A stretch of DNA of 64,000 nucleotides from Acidobacteriota bacterium (GTDB lineage Bacteria > Acidobacteriota > UBA6911 > RPQK01 > JADFOI01), in the NCBI GenBank assembly GCA_963663035.1, contig OY760074.1, positions 384,001-448,000 of the forward strand. Reading direction: 5' to 3'. Positions 19,099 to 28,329 of the stretch are shown piece after piece. The notes under the pieces are model-generated. The model was not told the DNA's origin. It did no database searches and was given only the letters and a program-made list of their open reading frames with translations. A program made the position numbers and the translations under genes. Numbering within the stretch: the stretch's first letter is position 1; every line of letters starts with the position of its first letter.

Positions 19099-20914
19099 AG
19101 CAGAGTTATTGGAGGACAAGGTCGACGCGAGCCTCGACTTCGCGCTATGGGCGCGGGTCCTGCGCTTCGCCCGCCCCTACCGCCGGGCGCTGACCTGGCT
19201 TGCCCTGGCGGGAATCGTGCTCGCCATGGCCGATGTCTGTCTTCCCCTGATCACCAAATGGATCATCGACGACGCCACCACACCCGAGGGAGGAGAAAGG
19301 ATCCTCGCCCTCAGTCTTCTCTACCTGGGCCTGGTGGGCGTGATCTCCGCGATGATCTGGATCTTCATCATCTTCGCGGGACGAGCTGCCACCGGGATGG
19401 CGTACGACATCCGGCGGGCCGCCTTTGCCCATCTTCAAGCGCTCTCATTCAGCTTCTACGACGAGCGTCCGGTGGGCTGGCTGATGGCCCGGTTGACCTC
19501 CGATTGCAGTCGGTTCTCGTCGATCATTCCCTGGTGCCTTCTCGACCTGTTCTGGGGATCCTCGTTCCTCATCGGGATCTGCGTGGTGATGCTGCTGCTC
19601 GACTGGCGACTGGCCCTACTGGTGATGACGATTATCCCGCTCCTGGCGGTGATCAGTCTTGTCTTCCAGAAGAAGCTCATCCGCAGTCAACGTCTCGTCC
19701 GCAAGACCAATTCGCAGCTGACCGCGAGCTTCAACGAGGGGATCATGGGAGTCCGCACCACCAAGGCCCTGGTACGGGAAGAGCAGAATCTTAGCGAGTT
19801 CCAGGGGCTCTCCACCCGGATGTACGACTACAGCGTGAGAAATATGCTCCAGGCCGCGGTGTATCTCCCCCTGGTGATGACGCTCGGTGGCCTCGGGATC
19901 GGCCTCGCTCTCTGGAGGGGGGGACTCGATCTGGGGCCGGAAGCGGGGATCTCTCTGGGCACCCTCGTCGCCTTCATGCAGTACGCGGCTCTCCTCTACA
20001 TCCCGATTCAGGAGATGGCCGCCCGATTCACCGAGTTCCAGGCGGCCCAGGCTTCGGCGGAGCGGGTCCAGACCCTTCTTGACGCGATACCGGAGATCAC
20101 CGACACGCCGGAGGCGATCTCCGGCGACGGGGACCTCAGGCGCATCGAGACCATCGAGTTTCGACAGGTCTCCTTCGCCTATCGAGGAGGAGAAAAAGTA
20201 CTCGACCGGTTCGACCTTCGCGTCGAGGCCGGGGAATGCATCGCACTGGTGGGACCCACCGGCAGTGGCAAGAGCACCATTGTCAGCCTGGTGAGTCGCT
20301 TCTACGAGCCCACCGGGGGCAGCATCGCCTTAAACGGCCGCGACTATCGATACCTTCGTCTCGACTGGTTGCAGTCGAATATGGGTATCGTGCAGCAGAC
20401 TCCCCATCTCTTTCGCACCTCGATTCGGGAGAACATTCGCTATGGACGTCTCGAAGCGAGCGACGAGGAGGTGCGGGCGGCGGCGATCCAGGTCAACGCC
20501 GAGGAGTTCATCGCCGGTCTCGAGAAGGGCTACGACACCGACGTGGGGGAGAGCGGGAATGCCCTCTCCACGGGGCAAAAGCAACTGGTCTCCCTGGCGC
20601 GGGCGGTGCTCGCCGATCCCCAGATCTTTATCCTGGACGAGGCGACCTCATCCGTGGACACCGAAACCGAACAGCTCATCCAGGCGGGGATCGAGCGAGT
20701 GCTCGAGGGACGGATCAGCTTCATCATCGCCCACCGCCTCTCGACGGTGCGACGGGCCGATCGGATCCTCGTGATCGATCACGGCCGCATCCTGGAGGAG
20801 GGAGACCATGAAGAGCTCCTGCGGCGGCGGGGGCACTATCACAGCCTCTACCTACGCCAGTTCGCGGATGAAGCCCGGGAACGGCTGCTGACCGCAAGGC
20901 AGGAGCTCCAGTAG
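19091..20914 (+). CDS. Heterodimeric ABC exporter subunit 2 (TMD+NBD)
   Basis: GPTGSGKS, degenerate signature LSTGQKQL, consensus Walker B FILDEATSSVD; overlaps the subunit 1 stop. Confidence 0.95.
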   Translation: MSEAELLEDKVDASLDFALWARVLRFARPYRRALTWLALAGIVLAMADVCLPLITKWIIDDATTPEGGERILALSLLYLGLVGVISAMIWIFIIFAGRAATGMAYDIRRAAFAHLQALSFSFYDERPVGWLMARLTSDCSRFSSIIPWCLLDLFWGSSFLIGICVVMLLLDWRLALLVMTIIPLLAVISLVFQKKLIRSQRLVRKTNSQLTASFNEGIMGVRTTKALVREEQNLSEFQGLSTRMYDYSVRNMLQAAVYLPLVMTLGGLGIGLALWRGGLDLGPEAGISLGTLVAFMQYAALLYIPIQEMAARFTEFQAAQASAERVQTLLDAIPEITDTPEAISGDGDLRRIETIEFRQVSFAYRGGEKVLDRFDLRVEAGECIALVGPTGSGKSTIVSLVSRFYEPTGGSIALNGRDYRYLRLDWLQSNMGIVQQTPHLFRTSIRENIRYGRLEASDEEVRAAAIQVNAEEFIAGLEKGYDTDVGESGNALSTGQKQLVSLARAVLADPQIFILDEATSSVDTETEQLIQAGIERVLEGRISFIIAHRLSTVRRADRILVIDHGRILEEGDHEELLRRRGHYHSLYLRQFADEARERLLTARQELQ

Positions 20915-20951
20915 GGGTGTAGCGCAGATGGGTGCTGCAATGAGTACGACC

Positions 20952-21548
20952 TCAACGATCTGACCGTACTACCTGCTCCAGTGCTACTTGAGGGCAGATG
21001 TTGTCTCTGATGTAGTCAATCAGATGAGTGGCCACGCCTCGAATCCTTTGCTCTATGGCTGGATCGGTGCTTTGACCTGATTCATCAAAGACCTTGTGAA
21101 CCGCGGCTACTGACACAGGTCCTGGGAGCACAATGGCCCCAACATGAGAGCAGACACTGCGTAGGTGTTCCAAAGCCTTTATGGCTCCAATGCTTCCGGC
21201 AGCTACGCCTATCAAGGCAACCGGTTTGCCACTTAACACTGATGGAAAGCCCAGGTGCTCGATGACCAATTTGATCACGCTACTATAACTACCGTGGTAT
21301 TCCGGTGTGGCAAAAATGACTCCTGTTGCATCGGAGACCTGTTGCTGCAATCTATCCATAACCGAAGAATCCTTGGCGGTGCCAGGCAAAGCCAGATCGA
21401 TTTTTGCGGGATCGATCACCTCAACGGCAGCGTCCTTGTGCTTGTTGATCTCATCGACGACTAAAGCCAAGGCTGCCGTCGTTAAATTGCCCGGACGCAC
21501 ACTCCCGATGAACGCCGCAATTCGGATGTCACAATCTTCCCTGATCAT
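20952..21548 (-). CDS. NADPH-dependent FMN reductase family flavoprotein
   Basis: GSVRPG, ATPEYHGSYS, LSGKPVAL; start set at MIRED after a GGAG RBS. Confidence 0.9.
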   Translation of the reverse strand: MIREDCDIRIAAFIGSVRPGNLTTAALALVVDEINKHKDAAVEVIDPAKIDLALPGTAKDSSVMDRLQQQVSDATGVIFATPEYHGSYSSVIKLVIEHLGFPSVLSGKPVALIGVAAGSIGAIKALEHLRSVCSHVGAIVLPGPVSVAAVHKVFDESGQSTDPAIEQRIRGVATHLIDYIRDNICPQVALEQVVRSDR

Positions 21549-21675
21549 GTGGCTTTCTCCTTCTTGCAGAGATTCTGACAGCATCGTGCACTGATCTCAA
21601 CACAAGAAGGAGTCTCGAACTTGTTCACCCGCTGCTGTTGGGCTAGAATCTCAGTACTGGAGAAAAGGAGAGTGC

Positions 21676-22077
21676 ATGCCATTTTCAGAGCTTGCTGATG
21701 TTCGGTTTGAAGGGGGAGGGGTGATGTTTCAGTATCTCCTCTTTGAGCTGAAAGGGGCTGCCCAGAAAAAAGCCATTGTCCGGGGTTTGAACTACAAATC
21801 CTACGAAGGTAAAACCGAGGAGCAGATCGTGAAGTGGGCCAAGGAGGAGCTGGGGGAAAGCGGCCTCTTGGAAAGTGGAGGTGAGCTCCAGATCGGGGGT
21901 GGTGGAAGCGTGTCCTTCAATACCTACTATGAGACCATCACCGTATTTGGGTCCAGCCAGACCTATGGCGTGGAAGAAGATCGAGAGGCAGTTGTAAAGC
22001 TGATAGAAACTTCATATCCGGAGCACGAGGTATCCTGGTTCAATCCCGAGTCCGCTGACTCGACTTCTAAAGAGTAA
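21676..22077 (+). CDS. Janus/Ocnus (PHPT1 phosphohistidine phosphatase)-like protein
   Basis: Colinear motif matches to PHPT1 recalled from memory: DV-x-x-x-x-x-GV-x-F-x-Y-x-L, K-x-IVRG, GGG-x-V-S, I-x-V-FG-x-S-x-x-YG, YP-x-x-EV-S-W; AAGGAG RBS. Confidence 0.7.
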   Translation: MPFSELADVRFEGGGVMFQYLLFELKGAAQKKAIVRGLNYKSYEGKTEEQIVKWAKEELGESGLLESGGELQIGGGGSVSFNTYYETITVFGSSQTYGVEEDREAVVKLIETSYPEHEVSWFNPESADSTSKE

Positions 22078-22084
22078 AAAAGCC

Positions 22085-22426
22085 ATGCCTGTTGATCTTC
22101 TGAAAGACACTGCAACCATCAAGAAAACGGAACAGCGTAAGCGCAAACCTGTTGTGATCGCTGTCATCAATGACGCCTGTACGGGCTGTGCCGGCTCCCC
22201 TGCCTGTGTGGACTACTGCCCGATAGGGAACTGTATGATCTGGGTACCTGACCAGGAACATCCTCCATTCGGCCGAATAGAAGTCGACGGGCTGTTGTGC
22301 ATCGGTTGCAAGCTTTGTATCAGTAAAGGGCCGGAAGGAGCCTTTTTGGATGGCTGTCCCTGGGACGCGATCGACATGGTCTCAATCAAAGACTATGAGG
22401 CGGAATTGGGCCCCATGCCCTATTAG
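22085..22426 (+). CDS. 2x[4Fe-4S] ferredoxin-like protein
   Basis: CTGCAGSPACVDYCP and CIGCKLC...GCPWDAI. Confidence 0.9.
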   Translation: MPVDLLKDTATIKKTEQRKRKPVVIAVINDACTGCAGSPACVDYCPIGNCMIWVPDQEHPPFGRIEVDGLLCIGCKLCISKGPEGAFLDGCPWDAIDMVSIKDYEAELGPMPY

Positions 22427-22634
22427 CCAGGACTATTCATACGCTGTCTGCTGCAGCGGCGGGATCATCCGTCCGGACTGCGCGACCCACAAGTGGGTGC
22501 CCCCGACCCGCAAGCGGGTACCCCTCGACCTTCTCGGCGTACTGCAAGAGTACGCCTGCGGGGGTCTCGGTCGCGACGCCTTGTCCTGCCGGCGCTTCCA
22601 CCGCTTCGCGACGACAGCCTATGAATAATCCGGG
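22427..22634 (+). mobile_element. MITE-like element family A, copy A1 (208 bp)
   Basis: TIRs CCAGGACTATTCATA and (rc) CCCGGATTATTCATA; flanks TTAG/CTAA; interior similar to three other copies. Confidence 0.85.
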
Positions 22635-22703
22635 CTAAGCGGGCTTCGCGCGCGTTTCAGGTTCCAGGTTTCAGTTGTTAGCTGTCAGGGGTTAGAGACT
22701 TTT

Positions 22704-23354
22704 ATGGCGAGACGAGTTGGACCCATTCAGCTTTCGCTTGCCGGTCTGGTCCTGGTAGCTTGTGTCGTGATTCCCTTTCTCTCCTGGCAGGGAACCTGGT
22801 TCGGGCGGCCTCTGGACGACGAGACACTCACCCAATACCTGGCTGATCAAGAAAAGTCCCGACGGGTTCAGCATGGGCTGGCTCAAATTGTTGAACGCAT
22901 GGAACGGGGTGATCCAGAAGTCGTGCAGTGGTACCAGAGCGTTGCGCAGCTCTCGGAGCACCCGGGTTCAGAGGTGCGAGTGACAGCAGCCTGGGTAATG
23001 GGCCAGGATTCAAGCTCTGATCTGTTCCACAAGGCTCTTCTTCAGATGCTTCATGATGAGGAAGTGCTGGTCAGGCGAAATGCAGCGTTATCACTGGTTC
23101 GATTTGGCGACGACAAGGGGCTAAACGAGTTGCGAGCTATGCTCACCTCCCCTGTCGATGCAGGGAAGGAACCGGTGACGCTTTCTCCAGATCCCACGCA
23201 TGTTTGGGAATCTCTGCGAGCCCTTGCCCTCATAGGGGGTGCTGATGAATTGCAGTTAGTCGACTCAGTCGCTGAGGATCCTCACTTCAGTGAGGAAGTA
23301 CGAGAACAGGCAGTGCTCACTCGAGAAGCGATTCAGGAAAGAATTCAGAAGTAA
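22704..23354 (+). CDS. Membrane-anchored HEAT-repeat protein
   Basis: N-terminal TM; EVRVTAAWVMG, LVRRNAALSLVRFG, EVREQAVL repeats. Confidence 0.85.
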   Translation: MARRVGPIQLSLAGLVLVACVVIPFLSWQGTWFGRPLDDETLTQYLADQEKSRRVQHGLAQIVERMERGDPEVVQWYQSVAQLSEHPGSEVRVTAAWVMGQDSSSDLFHKALLQMLHDEEVLVRRNAALSLVRFGDDKGLNELRAMLTSPVDAGKEPVTLSPDPTHVWESLRALALIGGADELQLVDSVAEDPHFSEEVREQAVLTREAIQERIQK

Positions 23355-23378
23355 GGGCACACGGCTGTGCGCCCCTAC
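23351..23378. repeat. GTAG-type REP-like palindrome between convergent genes
   Basis: GTAAGGGCACACGGCTGTGCGCCCCTAC imperfect palindrome ending CTAC. Confidence 0.55.
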
Positions 23379-23410
23379 GCAAGAAACCTGGAACCCGGGA
23401 AGCGTGCAGT

Positions 23411-24190
23411 TTAGCCCTCGAAGCTGAACTCGATTTCCTGGCTTTCCTCAGGTGCCACCGTTATGACCTGTTCCTGGGTGCCGTACTTCTCGTGCCAAAC
23501 TTCAATGGTGTACTCTCCCGGAGGCAGATTGGGGAGCTCAAAGCTGCCATCCTCTCCCGTGACCGCAAAGTAAGGGTGAGGGACCACACCGACGTAAGCT
23601 TTCATCCAGGGATGAATGTTGCACTTCACCGGAATCATGACCTCGGGGCGTGGGAAGGCTCTGGCCATCTCCTGACCCGCAGCTTGAGAAATGTTCCACT
23701 CCCGGTTCTGCTGGGGCAGGGGGTGAATGTTGTGAGTCGTGTCGTCACTGTTGCGGATGCTGATGTCCTGATTGGTCTGAATTCCAAAAACGTGGGGCAG
23801 GTAGACACACCCGTCCTGCTCCATCATTACGGCCTGGGTGGGAGTATCAAAACTGTATTGTTCCAAACCTGCCTTGACCCAAACAAAGGCATTTTTCAAG
23901 GTGCCATTTTCGTTTACGACCACTTCCTGCGAATAGACAGGACCGCCGTGTTTTTCTTCGCATACGGGCTCTGCACCCATACGAATACGGGCCATCTGAG
24001 GTTGTTCGCCCTGGAAGCTGACTTTGCCTGAAACCGCTCCCGCCTGGGAGAGATCAGGGGCGACTCCCTGCGCTTCCCCTGCCGGGGCCTCGTCAGTAGC
24101 CACCTCAGCAGGAGTTTCTCCTCCTCCGCAGGCAAGGGGAACACAGACTAGAAATAAAAGGGCGATGAGGTGCAGTTTATTTTTCAGCAT
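23411..24190 (-). CDS. Lipoprotein with cupredoxin-like copper motif and carboxypeptidase-regulatory-like domain
   Basis: Lipobox LACGG; THNIH...KCNIHPWM (H, C-x2-H-x2-M); G-S-F-E-L-P-N-L-P-P-G-E-Y-T-I-E-V-W-H-E. Confidence 0.75.
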   Translation of the reverse strand: MLKNKLHLIALLFLVCVPLACGGGETPAEVATDEAPAGEAQGVAPDLSQAGAVSGKVSFQGEQPQMARIRMGAEPVCEEKHGGPVYSQEVVVNENGTLKNAFVWVKAGLEQYSFDTPTQAVMMEQDGCVYLPHVFGIQTNQDISIRNSDDTTHNIHPLPQQNREWNISQAAGQEMARAFPRPEVMIPVKCNIHPWMKAYVGVVPHPYFAVTGEDGSFELPNLPPGEYTIEVWHEKYGTQEQVITVAPEESQEIEFSFEG

Positions 24191-24241
24191 TTTCTTTTCC
24201 TCTCTCAAAAAAAGTTAACCAAAAGGAGGGATTCGATCCTA

Positions 24242-27200
24242 TCATCTTCCTGTCAGCCGACGCTGCTCTGCGGCGGTGTATTGGAACATATAACGTACCA
24301 TGAGCTTGGCATGATCCTGGTCGTAGTCTCGCAAGCTGGGCACGTCGGCCAGACCAAAAACCCAGCGCTGTCCGTCCTGACGAAACAGCCCCGAAGGCAT
24401 GTTCGTCCCCGGTCTGATGATCTCGGGATGGACGATCCAGCGTTCAGTCCAGTCTGATTTGAGGCGCTCTGGGATGAGCAGGAAATTCGGCGCCGTGGCC
24501 GTCTGATCGCCCACCGGGTCTCCCGTAGCATGACACGTCAAGCAGGGAGCCGCCCGGTGAGTGAAGAGCTCTCGCGCCATGGTCAGCTCTCGAGCCGACA
24601 GGGGCTGAAGCACGGGTGCTGTGTAGGGGAGCGACTGCTTGGACAGAGCGACAAAGAAGCGGACCAGCTGCTGAATTTCGGCATTGGATAGATCGAAGGT
24701 GGGCATGCGAGCTTGAAGATAACTGCGGACGCCATTGCGGTTCAGGTCGTTCTCTTCCAGAGCCGGATTTTCCAGGAAGCGGGCCAGCCAGTTGGGATCC
24801 ACCCGGGCTCCTTCACCGACCAGGCTGGGAGGGAGCTGCTCTCGCCAGTCCGGATCCTGATAGAGCGGCAGCTCTTCCAGCACGGTTGCTTCCTGGCCTG
24901 GAGTGAATTGATGGCAGGCCACACAATTGTACTTCTTGACCAACCACCAGCCCTTCTGAATCTCGCTGCGCTCGTCCGATGGCTGGTAGAAAGAATTTTC
25001 AGGGAATTTCGAGTCCGTACTTCCCAGAAGAAAAGTGGTGAGCTGTGTGATCTCTTCAGGGCTCAAATCAAAGTTGGGCATGCGCAATCGTTCCAACGGT
25101 TCTTTGATTTTGCCCTGGTCGAAAACTACCGGATCCGCCAGTTTGCGCTCGAAGAAGCCCTTGAGGTTATACCAACCGCCGTGTTTTGCCTCTGAGGTCA
25201 AAAGTGCAAAGTCCAACCGTTCGAGTGGTTTGCTGCCCTCTTTGGTTAAGTCGGTGCCGATTTTCCCCTCATTCTCCAGTCCACTGATTTCGTGACAACC
25301 GGCACAACCGAAGTTCCGCACGAAAAATCGACCCTCTTCCAACAGTCCCGGGTCATCCATATAAGGGGCCGGGGGATATTCGGCATCTTCATGCTGCTGC
25401 GTCATCAGATAACTGGCGATATCCCTTGTTTCCTCCCAGCTCAGGCGCAAATTGGGCATGACGGTGGCCTGTTGAACGTGGAGGAGATGGTCGCCCAGTG
25501 GGCACTGATTGTGTTCCAGGTCAAATTCGAAGGACAGTCCCTGACTGGCGTAATCTTCCTCAGTGATCTCTCTCTGGTGAACGGGGCAGTAGGGGAGTGT
25601 CCGTTCGCGGGGGTTATGGATCCAGCGGACCAGATAGTCATAATTCGCTTTCTCCCCCACGCGACTGAGATTGGCGGCGAAGGTGCCCCCGCTGGCCTCG
25701 TCTCCCTCTCCCATGGAATGACAGGCCATGCAGCCGCGGGTTTCAAAGAGAGTCTGTCCCTGGACAGGATCTCCCGGGGCTTGCTCGGGCAACTCGGCCT
25801 CAATCCCCGATTGCCAGAGAAAAGCCGAGATGGCCTGTACCTGATCTTCCTCCAAGCGAAATCGGGGCATTTTGGTGGTGGGTCGAAAGTCATGGGGGTT
25901 CTGGATCCAATTCGGGACCCATTCCTTTTTCAACTTGAGCCGCACTTCTTTCAAGTTGGGACCCACCTTTTTGATGGCCATCATCAAACCTGCTTCGCGG
26001 GCTTGGAAGTCTGCAAACTCAGTATCGATGCCGGCGATACTCATGGTGAGAGCTTCGGCTTGGGCGTAAAGTCGCTCGGCTTCCTCATTGGTTTGGGCGC
26101 GGTCAGCAGTTCCTACCGTTCTCTCAATCTGCAACTGGGTCTCGTTTTTTCTGGTGAGGAGATCTGTTAGGGATTTTTGGGTGTCACGCAGTTCTCTGGA
26201 CTCCGGCTCAAAGCCTTCACGAGCGTGGCAGCCCATACAGCCCAGAGAAAAAAGTTGCTTTCCCGCATCCAGGGTAGAAGATAACTCCAGATAGCGGTCA
26301 GCTTCATGACACTGCAAGCAACCCGCTTCAAAATTCTCGGATGGATAGAGTGGCCACAACCAATGTTTATACTGGCCATGAGCCTCAGTCGTGCCGACGG
26401 TGGCAACCCCGTTGCCATTGTGACAGGGTGAGCAGCCGAAGGTCTCTGGGTCATGGATTTGAAGCAGTTCAGGGTTGGGGTGGCTGGTAAAAACGCGACT
26501 CCCTCCCATGGCTTCTCGCGTGATCAAAACGGGTTCCAGAGTGCCCACATGACAGGATTCACACCGATCGACCAGCCCCAGTTCGGCATTGTGAATTTGT
26601 TTGATCTCAATCCTGAAGTCGTCCAGGCCGTCCAGTAGGCCATCCACTTGGGTCTCGGTCAAACTGGTCAGACGAGCGTTCAGGAAAGCATCCCGTTCTC
26701 GTCTCAGCTCGGTCGAGTGTCTCAAAAGCTCCACGGTACGACCCTGGAGCTCTCCTTGCCGAGCCTTGAGGGAGTTGAATTCCTCTTCCATTTGCGCGTA
26801 AGTATAGTCGTTGCTTTCAATGTTTCCGTCAGCGTCTGGTATCTCCAGAAGATAGGGGCCTATCCTCAGCGCTTCCACGTCCCTCTCCAGCCCCTCCTTC
26901 TGGGCATCACCGGATGTTTCCAGTACATAGATAGCTGCCTGCAGGCGACTCCTCTCGGTGGTAAACGTTTTGGTGATGGCCGCCAGTTGCAGTCTGACCA
27001 GGCGCTCTTCGGCTTCGATCTCAGCCAACTCAGGTTCGATCTCTGTTTCGGCCTCCTGAAGCGCTTGCTGGAGCTCTGTATAACCTTGCGAGCCCCGAAC
27101 TTCCTGCTCTTCCTCACCCCGTCTGGGCTTCAGATCGATGAGCACCTGTTGGTAACGCTCCACAAAATCCTCCTGGAAACCAATCCAGGGACGCAGACCC

Positions 27201-27373
27201 CAAACTTCATCGTACAGGGCCCACACCAGGCTCAGGATGAGCAGCAGAGAAAAAATAGCAGTGGCTGTAGCCAGAGAGGATTTGACAATAGGATCCTCCT
27301 GGGGAATGGGTCGTTCGTCAAGTCTGGACCGTGATCGCCACCAGGACAGAAGACGTTGTACTGGATTGCTCAT
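24242..27373 (-). CDS. Membrane-anchored octaheme cytochrome c associated with the Rieske/cytochrome b complex
   Basis: Eight CxxCH motifs (CESCH, CSPCH, CLQCH, CMGCH, CMACH, CAGCH, CVACH, CLTCH); several class-I-like distal MP motifs; one N-terminal TM helix and coiled-coil segments. Confidence 0.92.
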   Translation of the reverse strand: MSNPVQRLLSWWRSRSRLDERPIPQEDPIVKSSLATATAIFSLLLILSLVWALYDEVWGLRPWIGFQEDFVERYQQVLIDLKPRRGEEEQEVRGSQGYTELQQALQEAETEIEPELAEIEAEERLVRLQLAAITKTFTTERSRLQAAIYVLETSGDAQKEGLERDVEALRIGPYLLEIPDADGNIESNDYTYAQMEEEFNSLKARQGELQGRTVELLRHSTELRRERDAFLNARLTSLTETQVDGLLDGLDDFRIEIKQIHNAELGLVDRCESCHVGTLEPVLITREAMGGSRVFTSHPNPELLQIHDPETFGCSPCHNGNGVATVGTTEAHGQYKHWLWPLYPSENFEAGCLQCHEADRYLELSSTLDAGKQLFSLGCMGCHAREGFEPESRELRDTQKSLTDLLTRKNETQLQIERTVGTADRAQTNEEAERLYAQAEALTMSIAGIDTEFADFQAREAGLMMAIKKVGPNLKEVRLKLKKEWVPNWIQNPHDFRPTTKMPRFRLEEDQVQAISAFLWQSGIEAELPEQAPGDPVQGQTLFETRGCMACHSMGEGDEASGGTFAANLSRVGEKANYDYLVRWIHNPRERTLPYCPVHQREITEEDYASQGLSFEFDLEHNQCPLGDHLLHVQQATVMPNLRLSWEETRDIASYLMTQQHEDAEYPPAPYMDDPGLLEEGRFFVRNFGCAGCHEISGLENEGKIGTDLTKEGSKPLERLDFALLTSEAKHGGWYNLKGFFERKLADPVVFDQGKIKEPLERLRMPNFDLSPEEITQLTTFLLGSTDSKFPENSFYQPSDERSEIQKGWWLVKKYNCVACHQFTPGQEATVLEELPLYQDPDWREQLPPSLVGEGARVDPNWLARFLENPALEENDLNRNGVRSYLQARMPTFDLSNAEIQQLVRFFVALSKQSLPYTAPVLQPLSARELTMARELFTHRAAPCLTCHATGDPVGDQTATAPNFLLIPERLKSDWTERWIVHPEIIRPGTNMPSGLFRQDGQRWVFGLADVPSLRDYDQDHAKLMVRYMFQYTAAEQRRLTGR

Positions 27374-28305
27374 ATGTTAAACCAGGGAGTGACCATGACG
27401 TTCTTGATCCGGAAGACCAGACGAAGGAACATCTTTACCGGAAGAGCCCACATGATCAGTAAGAAACTTTGTAAGGTCAGGTATTGGACAAGGGTCATTT
27501 GCTGGTAGATTTTCCGATTGAATTTATTCCAGACAAAAAGTTTGTGGGTGAGCCACCCAAAAATGACGAAATAGAGCCCCACTGCACTAGCGCCCACAAG
27601 CCCTGACCAGGGCTGGGTGGTAATGCCGAACAGCTCATGGAGGTCTCGGTTGGTCTCAAAGACCAAGCGATGGTGATCCCAGGTTTCACCGGGCCAGAAC
27701 CACATCCAGCCCGGACCCCGGATGAAGGTGCCGATAAAAACCATAGACAGCCATAAAACCATAAAACCAAAGCAGAAAGTGAGAATGGCAAACTTGCGCT
27801 GGCGAAAGGTGTAATAGCCGTTTCCCAGGGGGTTGCAGTCGACATAGGGAATGATCATCAGCCCCACCAGGATGAGAGTCGGCATCACCACACCGGCAAT
27901 CCAGGGGTCAAAGTAGACCAGCATCTCCTGGAGACCCAGAAAGTACCAGGGAGCTTTGGCCGGATTCATGGTGAGGTTGGGATTGGCCGGTTCCTCCAAC
28001 GGAGCGTTCAGGGTGATCGACCAGACCATCAGGATTCCGGTGACAATGATGGCGGTCAGAAATTCCACTCTGAGAAGGTAGGGCCAAACATAGAGCTTTT
28101 GCGCCCATCCTTCTCGATAGGGTTCAACTTTCCGGTGGTGTGTCTTGGCCAGCTCCGGATCTTTGGTCAAACGGTCAATCAGGCGATCGTTAGCCAGGGC
28201 CTGCCGAAAACCGTACCAGGTAAAGAAAGGGATCAAAAACAGAAGCGCCACGATGGGAACATTGTCAGGCGCCGAAATAATTTCCCAGAGTTGTCCCCAA
28301 TCCAT
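27370..28305 (-). CDS. Cytochrome b C-terminal (subunit IV-like) protein
   Basis: APLEEPANPNLTMNPAKAPWYFLGLQE (PEWY-equivalent), multiple TM helices. Confidence 0.85.
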   Translation of the reverse strand: MDWGQLWEIISAPDNVPIVALLFLIPFFTWYGFRQALANDRLIDRLTKDPELAKTHHRKVEPYREGWAQKLYVWPYLLRVEFLTAIIVTGILMVWSITLNAPLEEPANPNLTMNPAKAPWYFLGLQEMLVYFDPWIAGVVMPTLILVGLMIIPYVDCNPLGNGYYTFRQRKFAILTFCFGFMVLWLSMVFIGTFIRGPGWMWFWPGETWDHHRLVFETNRDLHELFGITTQPWSGLVGASAVGLYFVIFGWLTHKLFVWNKFNRKIYQQMTLVQYLTLQSFLLIMWALPVKMFLRLVFRIKNVMVTPWFNI

Positions 28306-28329
28306 TCTTTTCAGTTGCCTCCTCCCCGA

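Noticed and set aside
17198-20842. Many long alternative-frame and antisense ORFs over the ABC, cytochrome, fab and acc genes
   Set aside because: Shadow ORFs expected in GC-rich coding DNA; no motifs or RBS support.
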